DNA of 64,000 nucleotides from Calditrichia bacterium (GTDB lineage Bacteria; Calditrichota; Calditrichia; JAJRVZ01): NCBI GenBank assembly GCA_963796965.1, contig CAWCNS010000009.1, positions 288,001 to 352,000 of the forward strand, read 5' to 3'. Shown piece by piece: positions 22,078 to 32,894 of this stretch (position 1 is its first letter; each line of letters starts with the position of its first letter). The notes under the pieces were generated by a model. It saw only the letters and a program-made list of their open reading frames with translations, ran no database searches and was not told where the DNA came from. The position numbers and the translations under genes were made by a program.

Positions 22078-22617
22078 ATGTATGTAAATTCTTATCTATA
22101 TAATTGGTCGTCTTTTTTATTTCTTATTCTGATATTCACTTTATTTGGCTGTCACTTCATGAATGGTATGAATCAAAAAGATGACTCAAAAACTTGTTAT
22201 TTTGCTTCCCCTGCTGAAGCCATTCCAGTTATTAGTGAATTATTACAGAAAAATGATTTCGGAAATTTAGCCCGGTACTATGATCTTTCCAATTCAGATA
22301 TCAGACTATCCGATCTGGAATCCGGTGATTTTTTTATTCGAAAAGAACGCCCTGAGATGGCGCATCCGGCAGATTTTTGGCGCTATAAACATCCCTTCGC
22401 TCCCGGTTTTAAATTTAAAAATGTACAAGCGACAGCCAAAGCAGCTATTTATATTGTAGAGGTTTACATCTCTATTGATCAAGGTTCGGATTCGCCAGAA
22501 CAAATCGGTTTATCGTATTTTTATATGCTTAAATCGGATAAGGGTTGGAGAATATTACCGAATCCGGTAACTTCAGATAAGCTTCAAACAGAGATGCCTA
22601 AATCAATAAATGAATAA
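22078..22617 (+). CDS. Hypothetical lipoprotein
   Basis: Hydrophobic N-terminus with LFGC; 179-aa ORF. Confidence 0.65.
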   Translation: MYVNSYLYNWSSFLFLILIFTLFGCHFMNGMNQKDDSKTCYFASPAEAIPVISELLQKNDFGNLARYYDLSNSDIRLSDLESGDFFIRKERPEMAHPADFWRYKHPFAPGFKFKNVQATAKAAIYIVEVYISIDQGSDSPEQIGLSYFYMLKSDKGWRILPNPVTSDKLQTEMPKSINE

Positions 22618-22858
22618 ATATCAATTGATTCATCATTGACAAACGGTCTATATAAGGACCTCACCCCTCAGCAGAGCTCATTTCGAGCCTAGCCCCCTCT
22701 CCCCTTGATAGGAGAGGAGGAATTCAAGCGAACAAACGATAAACAGGAGGGCTGATTGCTAGTAAGATGAATTTGTATAATTTGCAGTGATCGAGGATCT
22801 TGCACTCTTTCCAATCTATAACACTAATAGGAGAGCGAAAATAAACGGAGAAAGTCTT

Positions 22859-24250
22859 ATGGAGAACAAGAAGATACGCGGTAAAATCGACGCAAAAACG
22901 TTACGACAGTTGATTGAAGAGGAACAAATTGAGACCGTATTAACCGCCTTCCCCGATCTTTATGGTCGTCTGGTTGGCAAACGGATCACCGGTCGTTTCT
23001 TTCTGGATGAAGTTCTCGACGATTCGATGCATGCCTGCGATTACCTATTGGCGTGTGATATGGAGATGGACCCCGTTCCAGGCTATAAATTTACCAGCTG
23101 GGCCGATGGCTATGGTGATATACGCCTGGTGCCACAGTTATCAACCCTACGCATTGCCAGCTGGCTTGAAAAAACAGCGATTATTCTCTGCGATGTCTTT
23201 GAAGAAGAGACAGATAAGTTAGTTGATGTCGCGCCACGAAGCATTCTGCATAAACAAGTGGCGCAGGCTTCTGCTATGGGATATGAGGCGATGGGCGCTT
23301 CGGAGCTGGAATTCTTTGTTTTTAAGGATAGTTTTGATGAGGCAGCGGAAAAGCAATATATCGATCTTCAACCGTTTAGCAACTATATCGAAGACTATCA
23401 TTTGTTGCAGGGTACTAAAGAGGAAATTGTGATAGGCGACATCCGCTATCACCTGGATCGTTCAGGGATTCCGGTTGAATTCTCAAAAGGAGAATGGGGA
23501 CCCGGCCAACAGGAGATTAACCTGCGCTATACCGACTTCATGGAGATGTCCGACCGTCACGTACTTTATAAACATGCCGCTAAGGAAATTGCCTTTCAGA
23601 AGGGACACGCGATCACCTTTATGGCCAAATGGGATGAGCGCTATGCCGGCTCGAGTATGCATATCCATAGCAGCCTGCGCGATAAGGAGAGTTTAGAACC
23701 CTTGTTTCCCGGCAAGGAGAAGATAGGATCGCTTCAGGCATCTGCTTTATTCCGATGGTTCCTGGGTGGCTGGATGAAACATATTTCTGAAGTTTTTCCT
23801 TTTTATGCCCCCTACCCCACTTCATACAAGCGGTTTGTAGCGGGCTCCTTTGCGCCGACCGGCCTGGCCTGGAGTTACGACAACCGCACGGCCGCCTTCC
23901 GGATTATCGGGCACGGTCCGGCCTTGCGTATCGAATGCCGCGCGCCCGGTGCCGATGGTAATCCCTATCTGACCTTTGCCGCTACCCTGGCCGCCGGCCT
24001 GGACGGCATCAAGAATAAAATCGAGCCGCCGTCGGTATTTGAGGGTGATGTCTATACCGCTGCCGATCTGCCCCAAGTTCCGCGCACGTTGAACGAGGCC
24101 ATTGAACGGATGGAATCAAGCCAATGGGCGCGGGAGGTTTTTGGTGAAAATGTAATAGAGCATTATCTGCACTTTTATAAAACCGAACAGCGGAAATTTG
24201 ATGAAGTTGTTACCGCCTGGGAACGTAAACGTTATTTTGAACGGGCATAA
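22859..24250 (+). CDS. Glutamine synthetase-like gamma-glutamyl-amine ligase (GlnA4/PuuA type)
   Basis: ASELEFF, SKGEWGPGQQEIN, TFMAKW, GSSMHIHSS, DNRTAAFR, RIECRAPGADGNPY. Confidence 0.9.
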   Translation: MENKKIRGKIDAKTLRQLIEEEQIETVLTAFPDLYGRLVGKRITGRFFLDEVLDDSMHACDYLLACDMEMDPVPGYKFTSWADGYGDIRLVPQLSTLRIASWLEKTAIILCDVFEEETDKLVDVAPRSILHKQVAQASAMGYEAMGASELEFFVFKDSFDEAAEKQYIDLQPFSNYIEDYHLLQGTKEEIVIGDIRYHLDRSGIPVEFSKGEWGPGQQEINLRYTDFMEMSDRHVLYKHAAKEIAFQKGHAITFMAKWDERYAGSSMHIHSSLRDKESLEPLFPGKEKIGSLQASALFRWFLGGWMKHISEVFPFYAPYPTSYKRFVAGSFAPTGLAWSYDNRTAAFRIIGHGPALRIECRAPGADGNPYLTFAATLAAGLDGIKNKIEPPSVFEGDVYTAADLPQVPRTLNEAIERMESSQWAREVFGENVIEHYLHFYKTEQRKFDEVVTAWERKRYFERA

Positions 24251-24255
24251 AAAGT

Positions 24256-25017
24256 ATGACGCCTTTAATCGGGATCACTACCTATAGAAATTTAAAACAT
24301 GGCGGTTACTATCTGCCTGATGGATATGTAGAGTCGGTACGCAAGGCCGGTGGCGTTCCGGTCTTGTTAACGCCTGGCGAAACAGATATTAACTGCATCC
24401 TTCAGACAGTTGACGGCCTTGTTTTTGCAGGGGGTGGTGATATCGATCCATCCGTATACGGCGGCACGAAACATTCTTCCCTTGACCGCGTTGATCCCCT
24501 ACGCGATAAATTTGAACTGGCCTTAGCAAAAAGAGTGATTGATTCAACCATTCCTGTGCTGGGGATCTGCCGTGGGTTTCAATTGCTTGCCGTGGCCAGT
24601 GGCGTCGGGCTAATCACCCATATCCCAGATGACATAGGCGATGCAGTCAAACACAAAGCCCAAAACGGTAAACCGATAAAACATTTGGTACATCTCGAGC
24701 CGCAGAGCCGCCTGGCAATAATTACCGGCAACATAAAATTTGAAGTGGAATCCATCCATCACCAAGCCATTTGTGATCTGCCCGTGGACTGGCAGGTTGC
24801 CGCTAATTCGAATGATGGCATCATTGAAGCCCTTGAACACAAAAATCATCCCTGGATGATCTCGGTGCTCTGGCATCCTGAGATGTCTCCGGAAGACCCA
24901 AATCATCAGAAGATATTCCGGGCGTTTGTTGAGGCTGCTGGTGAATTAAGTAAAATGGAAAAAGTAGAGAGTGGAGGGAAGAGGGTGAAGGAAAAAAAGG
25001 CAAAAGGCAAAAGGTAA
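24256..25017 (+). CDS. puuD: Gamma-glutamyl-gamma-aminobutyrate hydrolase family (peptidase C26)
   Basis: PLIGIT, GGGDIDP, LGICRG (catalytic Cys), SIHHQA, WHPE. Confidence 0.88.
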   Translation: MTPLIGITTYRNLKHGGYYLPDGYVESVRKAGGVPVLLTPGETDINCILQTVDGLVFAGGGDIDPSVYGGTKHSSLDRVDPLRDKFELALAKRVIDSTIPVLGICRGFQLLAVASGVGLITHIPDDIGDAVKHKAQNGKPIKHLVHLEPQSRLAIITGNIKFEVESIHHQAICDLPVDWQVAANSNDGIIEALEHKNHPWMISVLWHPEMSPEDPNHQKIFRAFVEAAGELSKMEKVESGGKRVKEKKAKGKR

Positions 25018-25046
25018 AAGGTAAAAGAAAGACGTAAGGGTAGGGA

Positions 25047-25162
25047 GTAGCGGCGCGATTTATCGCGTCGTAGATAATAAATCGTAGAGAATACGGCGAA
25101 GCGGGCAGGTAGCCCGAATCAATATTCAATGTTCAGGTAGGGGCAGACCCGTGTGTCTGCCC
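25047..25162 (+). repeat. Cluster of GTAG-initiated REP hairpins
   Basis: GTAGCGGCGCGATTTATCGCGTCG (25047) and GTAGGGGCAGACCCGTGTGTCTGCCC (25137). Confidence 0.8.
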
Positions 25163-25203
25163 GGATAGAGTTAAGATGATAATACAAAATTTAATGGTGA
25201 ATT

Positions 25204-26664
25204 ATGACAGATCATAAAGACTGGTGGCGTTAAGTATGCAGCCGTTGGTGAGCAATATCTTGACCAGCGCAAATTGGAAAAAAAGGCTGGTTGGGTTTTG
25301 TTGTGGGGATTAGGGGTTGGTGCCGTTATTTCAGGTGATTATTTCGGCTGGAACTTTGGCCTACTTTCCGGTGGATTCTGGGGTTTGGTGATTGCCACCA
25401 TCCTGATGGCAGTCATGTACCTGACGATGATGTTTACGCTGGCTGAGCCTATCCACCGCCCTGCCCCATGCCGGAGGGCCCTATTCATTTGCCCGCCAGG
25501 CATTCGGACCCTGGGGTGGGTATTTATGCGGTCTGGCGGTTACCATCGAATATGTCCTGACACCAGCGGTAATTGTCGTTGGTTTGGGTGGCTATCTGCA
25601 TGCGCTGATCCCACAGGTTCATCTTTACCTCTGGTGGGCCCTGGCTTATCTTGTCTTTGTATTTATCAACGTGCGTGGTGTAGAGTTAACGATGAAAGTA
25701 TCGCTGATCGTTACCATTGTTGCCACGGCTATTTTGATTATTTTTTACGGTTCGGCAATTTTTTCCGGTGCCTTTACCTGGTCTAACCTCTTCAATATTC
25801 AGCCTGATCCTGGGCAGTCGGCATTCGGATTGCCTAAAGGCTGGTACGGTGTTTTTGCCACGCTGCCCTTTGCGATCTGGTTTTATCTGGCCATTGAAGA
25901 ACTGCCGCTGGCTGCCGAAGAGACCGAAAATGTCAGCCGCGATATGCCGAGGGCCATGCTATTAGGCATTGTTACCTTGCTGATATTATCGGGTTTTACG
26001 CTGGTGCTCAACACCGGGGTTGGAGGTGGTGCCGCTGCCATCGGCCAATCAGATGCACCGCTGGCCGAGGGTTTCCAGGCCATATTTGGTTTTGGTGCTG
26101 CATCAGTGATTTTTACCGTAATCGCCTTGACCGGTCTGATCGCAAGTTTCCACTCGATCATCTATGCCTACGGGCGACAGATCTTTGCACTGTCACGGGC
26201 TGGTTATTTTCCACGCGTATGGTCGTTGACCCATAAAAAACATCATACACCGCATGTGGCATTATGGGGTGGTGCTATCTTTGGGTTTATCTGTGCCATC
26301 TTGATTGACCAGTTTTCGGATACTGTGGGAGCGGCCTTGCTCAATATGGCCGTCTTCGGCGGGGTAATTTCTTATCTGCTGATGATGCTAAGCTGATTTT
26401 AAAATAGCCAAGCTTGATATAAACCGTCCCTATAAAAGTCCGGGGGGTACTTTTTTTGCCGCCCTGGCCTTTCTGCTGGCCTTAATCGCTTTATTTGCCT
26501 GTTTTGCCTTACCCGAATATCGCCCCGGCGTTTTTGGTGTTGCCGTCTGGTTTTTGTTAGGCAGTCTGTGGTTTGGCCTGATCAGCCGTAAGAATTTAGT
26601 AGCGGAAGCGCCGGAAGAGGAATATGCCTTGATAGAAAAAGCACAGAGGGAATTAAAACATTAA
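25204..26664 (+). CDS. eat: Ethanolamine permease (APC family); frameshifts near 25220, 25448 and 26395
   Basis: LWGLGVGAVISGDYFGWNFGL, PFAIWFYLAIE, GLIASFHSII, LSRAGYFP; tail RPYKSPGG...APEEEYA in another frame. Confidence 0.85.
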
Positions 26665-26756
26665 TCAGGAGAAAGTTATCACAACTTTTCCCCGGGCATG
26701 GCCTTCTTCAAGATAACGGATAGCCTCCGGAACTTCTTGTAACGGATACTGTCTAT

Positions 26757-27506
26757 CTATAACCGATACCATTTTCCCTGCTTCAACAAGTCTCTTTTAG
26801 AAAAACCAGGTATTTTAGAACCTTTAAACAAAAGCCAAAACATAAATAACAATTCCCCCCAGCCTATAATCGTAGCAATATTCAAATCATAGCTTGGTAC
26901 GAGAAACTTGCCAAAATGATCTATTAAATAGCTGAGACCAGCGAGTAATAACAAGATACCCATGAACCTGGGGATATAGCCCGACTTGAAGGCAAGATAA
27001 CCAAGGAGCGCAAGATGAAGGCCAAAAAATACAAATCCAATGGCCCATCCATCACGAAATGCGTTAATAGACAGCATCATCAGGGCATGTATCTGAGTTG
27101 GTTCAAATACTTTCAGGTAGTCAGATCCATTTAAAAGTTGAAAAATGTTAAAATAATGTGCCAGAGCTATTCCAAATATAGTCGAATAAACCAACCTGAA
27201 CCACGCCATAAGCAAAGAGAGACTCTTGTTTACCGGTTTAAGAAAAATATAGAATGCCCAGGCCACCAACACATCACATACAATTACGATCAGAAAACTA
27301 ATGATACCCACACGAAACAATGTCTCCTCTGCCATAATATTGTTTGCTGTAGTTGTGGCATCTCCCGGCACAATAAGGTTTTGAAAGATATAAAAATCCG
27401 CAAAAAGGTAGCATATGGTCATAATCAGCAGCCCCAGCCCTGCGACCATTGCAGCCGTACTTAATGTGATATTACCCATGCGTACATCCATTTTGTTTGA
27501 ATCCAT
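26757..27506 (-). CDS. DUF4386 family membrane protein
   Basis: LIVPGDATTTANNI, DVLVAWAFY.FLKPVNKSLS, FFGLHL.LLGYL, GELLFMFWLL. Confidence 0.85.
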   Translation of the reverse strand: MDSNKMDVRMGNITLSTAAMVAGLGLLIMTICYLFADFYIFQNLIVPGDATTTANNIMAEETLFRVGIISFLIVIVCDVLVAWAFYIFLKPVNKSLSLLMAWFRLVYSTIFGIALAHYFNIFQLLNGSDYLKVFEPTQIHALMMLSINAFRDGWAIGFVFFGLHLALLGYLAFKSGYIPRFMGILLLLAGLSYLIDHFGKFLVPSYDLNIATIIGWGELLFMFWLLFKGSKIPGFSKRDLLKQGKWYRL

Positions 27507-27580
27507 TTCTTTATCCCTGTATTATATTTGATAATACCAAACCCGATAAAAAGTCATTCCTCATCAACAGAGTGGAAATC

Positions 27581-27868
27581 TTTTCTTTGCCTTCCCTGCG
27601 AGAGAAAAAGATAAACACAAAGCACACAAAGAAGACACGGAGGACTCGGAGAAAAGATTTTTTCTATTTATTTATATCTCGGTTTGTATAGATTTATGAA
27701 TAACCTCCCCCTTCCTCCCCCTCCTTACTAAGGAGGGGGAACGAGGGGGTGGTAGTTTAAAACCCTAATTTTTGTCTTTTTTCTTTTGTCCTTTTTCTTA
27801 TTCTCTGCGCCTCTGCGAGAGAAAAAGATAAACACAAAGGACACAAAGAACACACGAAGTCCACAAAT
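27581..27868 (+). repeat. Family A element(s) with nested GC-clamp repeat
   Basis: TAAACACAAAGCACACAAAG arm, ATCTCGGTTTG core, AAAACCCTAA, right arm CTCTGCGCCTCTGCGAGAG, second left arm; insert at 27703-27753. Confidence 0.9.
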
Positions 27869-27893
27869 AAGTTTATAAAATCAAAATAAGCCT

Positions 27894-29621
27894 TCAGCTG
27901 CGAGCAAGCAACAACCGAAACGCCACCACCTCCCGGCCATTGCGAACCAGCAAGATGTCACCAACAAGAACCGGGTGGTTCCAGGTTTTACCCTCGATGC
28001 CGGGTAACCGCGCCAACTCCGTAAACTGATCCGGCGCGGCCTCAATCAGGACAAGTTCTCCCTGCTCTGAGAGCACCAGCAACAGGTCCTGGTCGGCCAA
28101 AAGGATGAGCTGGCCACCATAGCGTCCTCCCTTCCACTTACGCTTACCATCCTCGATGTCGATACACATAAGATTTGGACCGTTAAAGCCAAAGGCATAA
28201 CCCTTGTGAACGACAAAATCATTAAAGTCAGGTCTTAGCCGGGTCGATTTCCAACGCTCTTCAACCTTCCATCCTTCAGATCCGTGTCTGACGGAGAAGC
28301 GAATCATGCCATTTCTATCGCCGGCGCTGATCAATACCTCGCGACCTTCAATCAGGGCGGGTTGAACGATACGGGTTTCAGCCGGTAATGCACATTTCCA
28401 AAGCAGCGTGCCGTCGGCCGGTGCGACACTGGTTGCGCCGACGGCGCTCATCAGCAGGATCTGCTCAACGCCATCAATTGTCACTCGATGAGGAGAACTA
28501 TAGCTGTCTCCACCATCAGGGCCGTACCAGCGTGGCTCACCGCTGGCGATATCATAGGCCGCAAGTTTACCCGTGGCTGCGACGATGACGACATCGCCGA
28601 TAACCAATGGGGAGCTCGTAAAACCCCATCCTGAATCCTTCGCGTCGGTGTCGGTCGCTGCGTTGCGGGACCACACAACGGTACCACTATAGGCATCGAG
28701 AACGTTTAGGATTCCGGTCGCACCAAATGTATAGACGCGACCGTTGCTGAGAGTTGGCGTACTCCGCGGACCGGCACCAGCATGGGAGTCCCAGAAGCGT
28801 GCCGGGTCATGATGTCTCCACACCGGCTGCCCGGTAGAAAGATTATAACAGGCAACGACTTCTTCCTCACCACGCTGCTCCTGCGTATAAATAAGACCTT
28901 TACTTACCGCAAAGGAAGAACAGCCCGGACCGATGGGCCGGCGCCAGAGCTCCACCGGCGGTGATACCGACCAGTTGGTTTCAATACGTGGGCCACGGAT
29001 AATGCTGTTGCGATTGGGTCCGCGAAATCCTGGCCATTCGGCTATAGAATCCGCTCCTGCCGTAACGGATGGAGGTACCATTGGCTCATCATCATGCTGG
29101 GCGAGTAGTTGCTCCTCATGAGTCGCGGCCCACCGCCAGGCGAAATCCACATCGATGTCGCCGGTAATGCCGTTAGACCGAAAGAGCGTCCACACACCAC
29201 AGGCGAGCAGGATGGTTGCAACCATCATCGTCCACCGGATTCGGTCAGGGAACTGTTGGCTGATCACCGCCCAGAGGACAAAGGCGAGGCTCAAGGTCGG
29301 TATAGCATAGAGGTAAAACATCAGCCCCTGCATCCCCGTTCCAATGGATACGTGGACGAGGTATGATGTCCCAACCAGCGCGACGATCATCAGGAGGACA
29401 GCACTCCAACGTTCAGATCGGCGTGCCCGGCTGAAAAAGGCCCACCACACAACAACAAACAACCCACCTAGTAATGCCCCAAATACACTGATTAAAATAG
29501 TATCAGGGTCAATGACGGGGAGGACAATCCAAGCCAGCCACTGGAGTATTACGATGACGACACCGGGCCAAAGTCTGAGCGGTCTCTGCTGATTTTGTTG
29601 GTTGGTCTTTTCTTTTAACAT
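27894..29621 (-). CDS. Membrane-anchored PQQ-like (BamB-type) beta-propeller protein
   Basis: N-terminal TM helices; EWPGFRGP, GPRSTPT, SSPLVIGD, SYSSP, KTWNHP. Confidence 0.85.
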   Translation of the reverse strand: MLKEKTNQQNQQRPLRLWPGVVIVILQWLAWIVLPVIDPDTILISVFGALLGGLFVVVWWAFFSRARRSERWSAVLLMIVALVGTSYLVHVSIGTGMQGLMFYLYAIPTLSLAFVLWAVISQQFPDRIRWTMMVATILLACGVWTLFRSNGITGDIDVDFAWRWAATHEEQLLAQHDDEPMVPPSVTAGADSIAEWPGFRGPNRNSIIRGPRIETNWSVSPPVELWRRPIGPGCSSFAVSKGLIYTQEQRGEEEVVACYNLSTGQPVWRHHDPARFWDSHAGAGPRSTPTLSNGRVYTFGATGILNVLDAYSGTVVWSRNAATDTDAKDSGWGFTSSPLVIGDVVIVAATGKLAAYDIASGEPRWYGPDGGDSYSSPHRVTIDGVEQILLMSAVGATSVAPADGTLLWKCALPAETRIVQPALIEGREVLISAGDRNGMIRFSVRHGSEGWKVEERWKSTRLRPDFNDFVVHKGYAFGFNGPNLMCIDIEDGKRKWKGGRYGGQLILLADQDLLLVLSEQGELVLIEAAPDQFTELARLPGIEGKTWNHPVLVGDILLVRNGREVVAFRLLLARS

Positions 29622-29882
29622 TGGCTTATCCTCATACTATTATGTATACATTATTTGGCATATTAATGCTATATATCAACTTTTAAAGTCATAGTTGTAA
29701 ATAACTTTAACGGGTGGTATGTTATATGCTGCGAATGGCAAAACTCAATATGGACATGGCTGATTCAGATCAAAACAAATATAATAATTCTCAGAGAAAT
29801 ACTGAAGCATTTAATAACTTCCGGATCAATACAATTTTGAAAGGAAAAACCCTGTGATTTTGTCAATAGTGAATAAGATGTT

Positions 29883-30863
29883 CTATTTAGCGGCAATCCA
29901 TTTAAAGGCATGTTGTTTTTCGGGGATGTGCATTCTCTCTGAAATTCGTTGCAATCTTTTTGGCAGGACCATCAAATAATCTCTGGCTTCTTCTGCCTGA
30001 TCATTGATACCTGATATATTATCAATATTCCATTTCTTTAATAATGAATTTAATATATCGATATAATCTTGTGTTGTATAGACCTTGATCCGTTGAGCGG
30101 CATCGGAGAAGTGGGTAAACAGCTCACCAATTTTATCCCCTGCTTCTCTTAAAAAATGTGCTGGCATCACAATTTTCTTTTTCATCATTTCCTCTAAGGC
30201 CACCATCATGCCATTAGGGTCTATTTCGAATATTTCTTTGACAAAATGCATATAAGCATTGGCATGACGGGATTCATCCGCTGCGATGATCCCACATATT
30301 TTTGATAATCGGGTATTGCCCGTTTTTTTGGTTAGGGTGGCCACTCTTCTATGGGAGATATTTGTAGCCAACTCCTGAAAACTGGTATAGATGAAACTCT
30401 TGTATGGATCATTTCCTGTTTGTATATCAAAGCCATCATTAAGCAGGTGTTGTGTTGAGATTTCCATCTCTCTCATATTTACCTGTCCGGATAAATAAAG
30501 ATATTTATTGAGTAAATCACCATGACGGTTTTCCTCAGCTGTCCAGGTACGCACCCATTTTGACCAGCCGCTCTTTTTCTGCGGATCGATACCTTCAATA
30601 TGCATGAGCCATGATTCATAGGTTGGTAAAGCTTCTTCCGTAATCGTGTCGCCGATTAACACCGCCAGAAGATCATAACTCATTTCTTTTGATAAATCTT
30701 GTATTTCTTTGGTCTCTTCAAAAAACCCGGGATCTTTTGCATCCGGTAACAGATCTGATGGTTGCCAGTTTTCTTCTATGGGTCGTAGAAATTTAAGAAG
30801 ATATTCATCCATCGATTTTTCAAGGGTCTGCATGACTTCCGCACGTGTATGTGATACTTTCAT
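29883..30863 (-). CDS. Acyl-ACP desaturase (soluble di-iron, FA_desaturase_2)
   Basis: WQPSDLLP, ITEEALPTY, WTAEENRHGDLL, YTSFQELAT.ISH, IAADESRH. Confidence 0.93.
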   Translation of the reverse strand: MKVSHTRAEVMQTLEKSMDEYLLKFLRPIEENWQPSDLLPDAKDPGFFEETKEIQDLSKEMSYDLLAVLIGDTITEEALPTYESWLMHIEGIDPQKKSGWSKWVRTWTAEENRHGDLLNKYLYLSGQVNMREMEISTQHLLNDGFDIQTGNDPYKSFIYTSFQELATNISHRRVATLTKKTGNTRLSKICGIIAADESRHANAYMHFVKEIFEIDPNGMMVALEEMMKKKIVMPAHFLREAGDKIGELFTHFSDAAQRIKVYTTQDYIDILNSLLKKWNIDNISGINDQAEEARDYLMVLPKRLQRISERMHIPEKQHAFKWIAAK

Positions 30864-31420
30864 TAATCGCTCCTGACTCCAGTGAGATTTATTTGAGTTA
30901 GATATTAACGAAGGGACATGTATATACCTAATTGAATTCTTTAAGCTAATTAATAGGTATAAGGTATCGGTATGACTATAAATTCCTCGATTCTCATAAA
31001 TAATTATATTCAGAAGAATAGAAGCGTAGGAGGAAAGAAATATTCCAGGTCATAATGATGTTAGACTAAATATGAACATAATATGATTATCTTATTCTGC
31101 TACTTAAATCCGATATCAGATGCCCATTTATTAGTAATAACATCTGTCAGGCTTAAGATTCGGTAAGATACCATTCGCATTTCTTTATAGAGGCTCTATA
31201 CAAAACTTCTACTTACTTTTAACAGAATTATTTTTATAAAACAATCTACATCGTAAGAAATTATACAGTATACAATTTATAAATTAAATGTATCTGATGC
31301 CGTTTATTGGCCAAACAGACTTTGTCTGATTTATAATTTAAAGCATCATTTGCAGAAGTAATTCACTTATAATAATAATAAACCACCCGATTTGGGGTGC
31401 TTTTATAAAGGAGAAAATCT

Positions 31421-32803
31421 ATGTCTACTCTTTCTAATGATAAAATTGAACAACTTCGTAACACTATAAAGGGACAGATCGTGTTACCTAACGATCCCAA
31501 CTATGACGAAATTCGTAGCATATGGAATGCCATGATTGATCGGCGGCCCGCTGTTATTGTGCAGATAGCGGAAGCTGGTGATGTGCCCCCTGCGCTTGCT
31601 TTTGCACGTGAGAATGAACTCGAACTATCCATCCGCGGTGCGGGACACAATATTGCCGGAAATTCCCTGAGTGATGACGGCCTGGTGATTGATTTTTCAA
31701 AGATGAAGAATGTCCGGGTTGATCCGGGGAAGAAACGTGCTTATGTAGAACCGGGAGCCACCCTGGGTGATTTTGATAAAGCGGTACAGGCTCATGGTTT
31801 GGCCACACCCGTGGGAATAAATTCAACAACCGGTATTGCAGGATTAACCCTCGGTGGCGGTTTTGGCTGGCTTACCCGTAAATACGGATTGACTATCGAT
31901 AATCTTGTCTCTGCAAATATCATCACAGCAAATGGCAAGAACTTAACAGTCAGTGAAGATGAAAATACGGATCTATTTTGGGCCATTCGGGGAGGAGGCG
32001 GAAACTTCGGCATCGTCGTTCAGTTTGAGTTTGAACTTCATTCGGTCGGACCTGATATTTTTGCCGGATTGATTGTTTTTCCGTTAGAACAAGCCAAGCA
32101 GGTATTAACAAAATATCGTGATTATGCAGAGTCAATTCCTGAAGAACTAAATGTTTGGGTTGTACTTCGCAAGGCTCCTCCCTTACCTTTCCTTCCGGAG
32201 GAGGTCCATGGTAAGGAGGTTGTAGTTATGGCTGTATTTTATGCTGGGGATGGGACTGAGGGTGGAAAACTTGTCGAACCGATAAGTAATTTTGGTACTC
32301 CTTACGGCACGCATCTTGGTACTATGCCATATACTGACTGGCAGCAGGCTTTTGATCCCTTACTTACACCGGGTGCACGTAATTATTGGAAATCCCATAA
32401 TTTCACCGATCTTAAAGATGATGCTTTAGATACCGTGATCGATTATGCAGGCAAATTGCCCTCCCCTCAGACGGAGATTTTTTTAGCACTCATCTCGGGC
32501 AGTCCTAACCGTGTTGCGCAGGAGGCCATGGCCTATAGCAACAGGGATGCAAAGTTTGTGCTCAATGTACACGGACGTTGGGATGATGCCGCAGATGATG
32601 ATACCTGTATTGCCTGGGCCCGTGAATTTTTTAAAGCCTCTGCGCCTTATGCCTCTGCCGGTGCCTATGTGAACTTCATGACCGAAGAAGAAGGTGACCG
32701 CGTCGAAGCCGCCTATGGATCGAACCATGATCGCTTGGTTCAGATCAAGCAAAAGTACGACCCGGAAAATGTCTTCCATCTTAATCAGAATATCAAACCA
32801 TAA
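31421..32803 (+). CDS. FAD-linked oxidoreductase, berberine-bridge-enzyme family
   Basis: RGAGHN, GLTLGGGFG, DLFWAIRGGGGNFGIV, AYVNF, KYDPENVF. Confidence 0.93.
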   Translation: MSTLSNDKIEQLRNTIKGQIVLPNDPNYDEIRSIWNAMIDRRPAVIVQIAEAGDVPPALAFARENELELSIRGAGHNIAGNSLSDDGLVIDFSKMKNVRVDPGKKRAYVEPGATLGDFDKAVQAHGLATPVGINSTTGIAGLTLGGGFGWLTRKYGLTIDNLVSANIITANGKNLTVSEDENTDLFWAIRGGGGNFGIVVQFEFELHSVGPDIFAGLIVFPLEQAKQVLTKYRDYAESIPEELNVWVVLRKAPPLPFLPEEVHGKEVVVMAVFYAGDGTEGGKLVEPISNFGTPYGTHLGTMPYTDWQQAFDPLLTPGARNYWKSHNFTDLKDDALDTVIDYAGKLPSPQTEIFLALISGSPNRVAQEAMAYSNRDAKFVLNVHGRWDDAADDDTCIAWAREFFKASAPYASAGAYVNFMTEEEGDRVEAAYGSNHDRLVQIKQKYDPENVFHLNQNIKP

Positions 32804-32894
32804 ACCTGCCCCAAAAACACTACTGTCTAAACAGTAGAAGATAATTTAATAATGTAGTGGCCGTTCCCCAACGGCTACTACTGTTTATCTGATA

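Noticed and set aside
30900..31420. Riboswitch or ncRNA in the long intergenic region
   Set aside because: Only a short hairpin near 31385-31400 is visible; no recognisable conserved RNA motif
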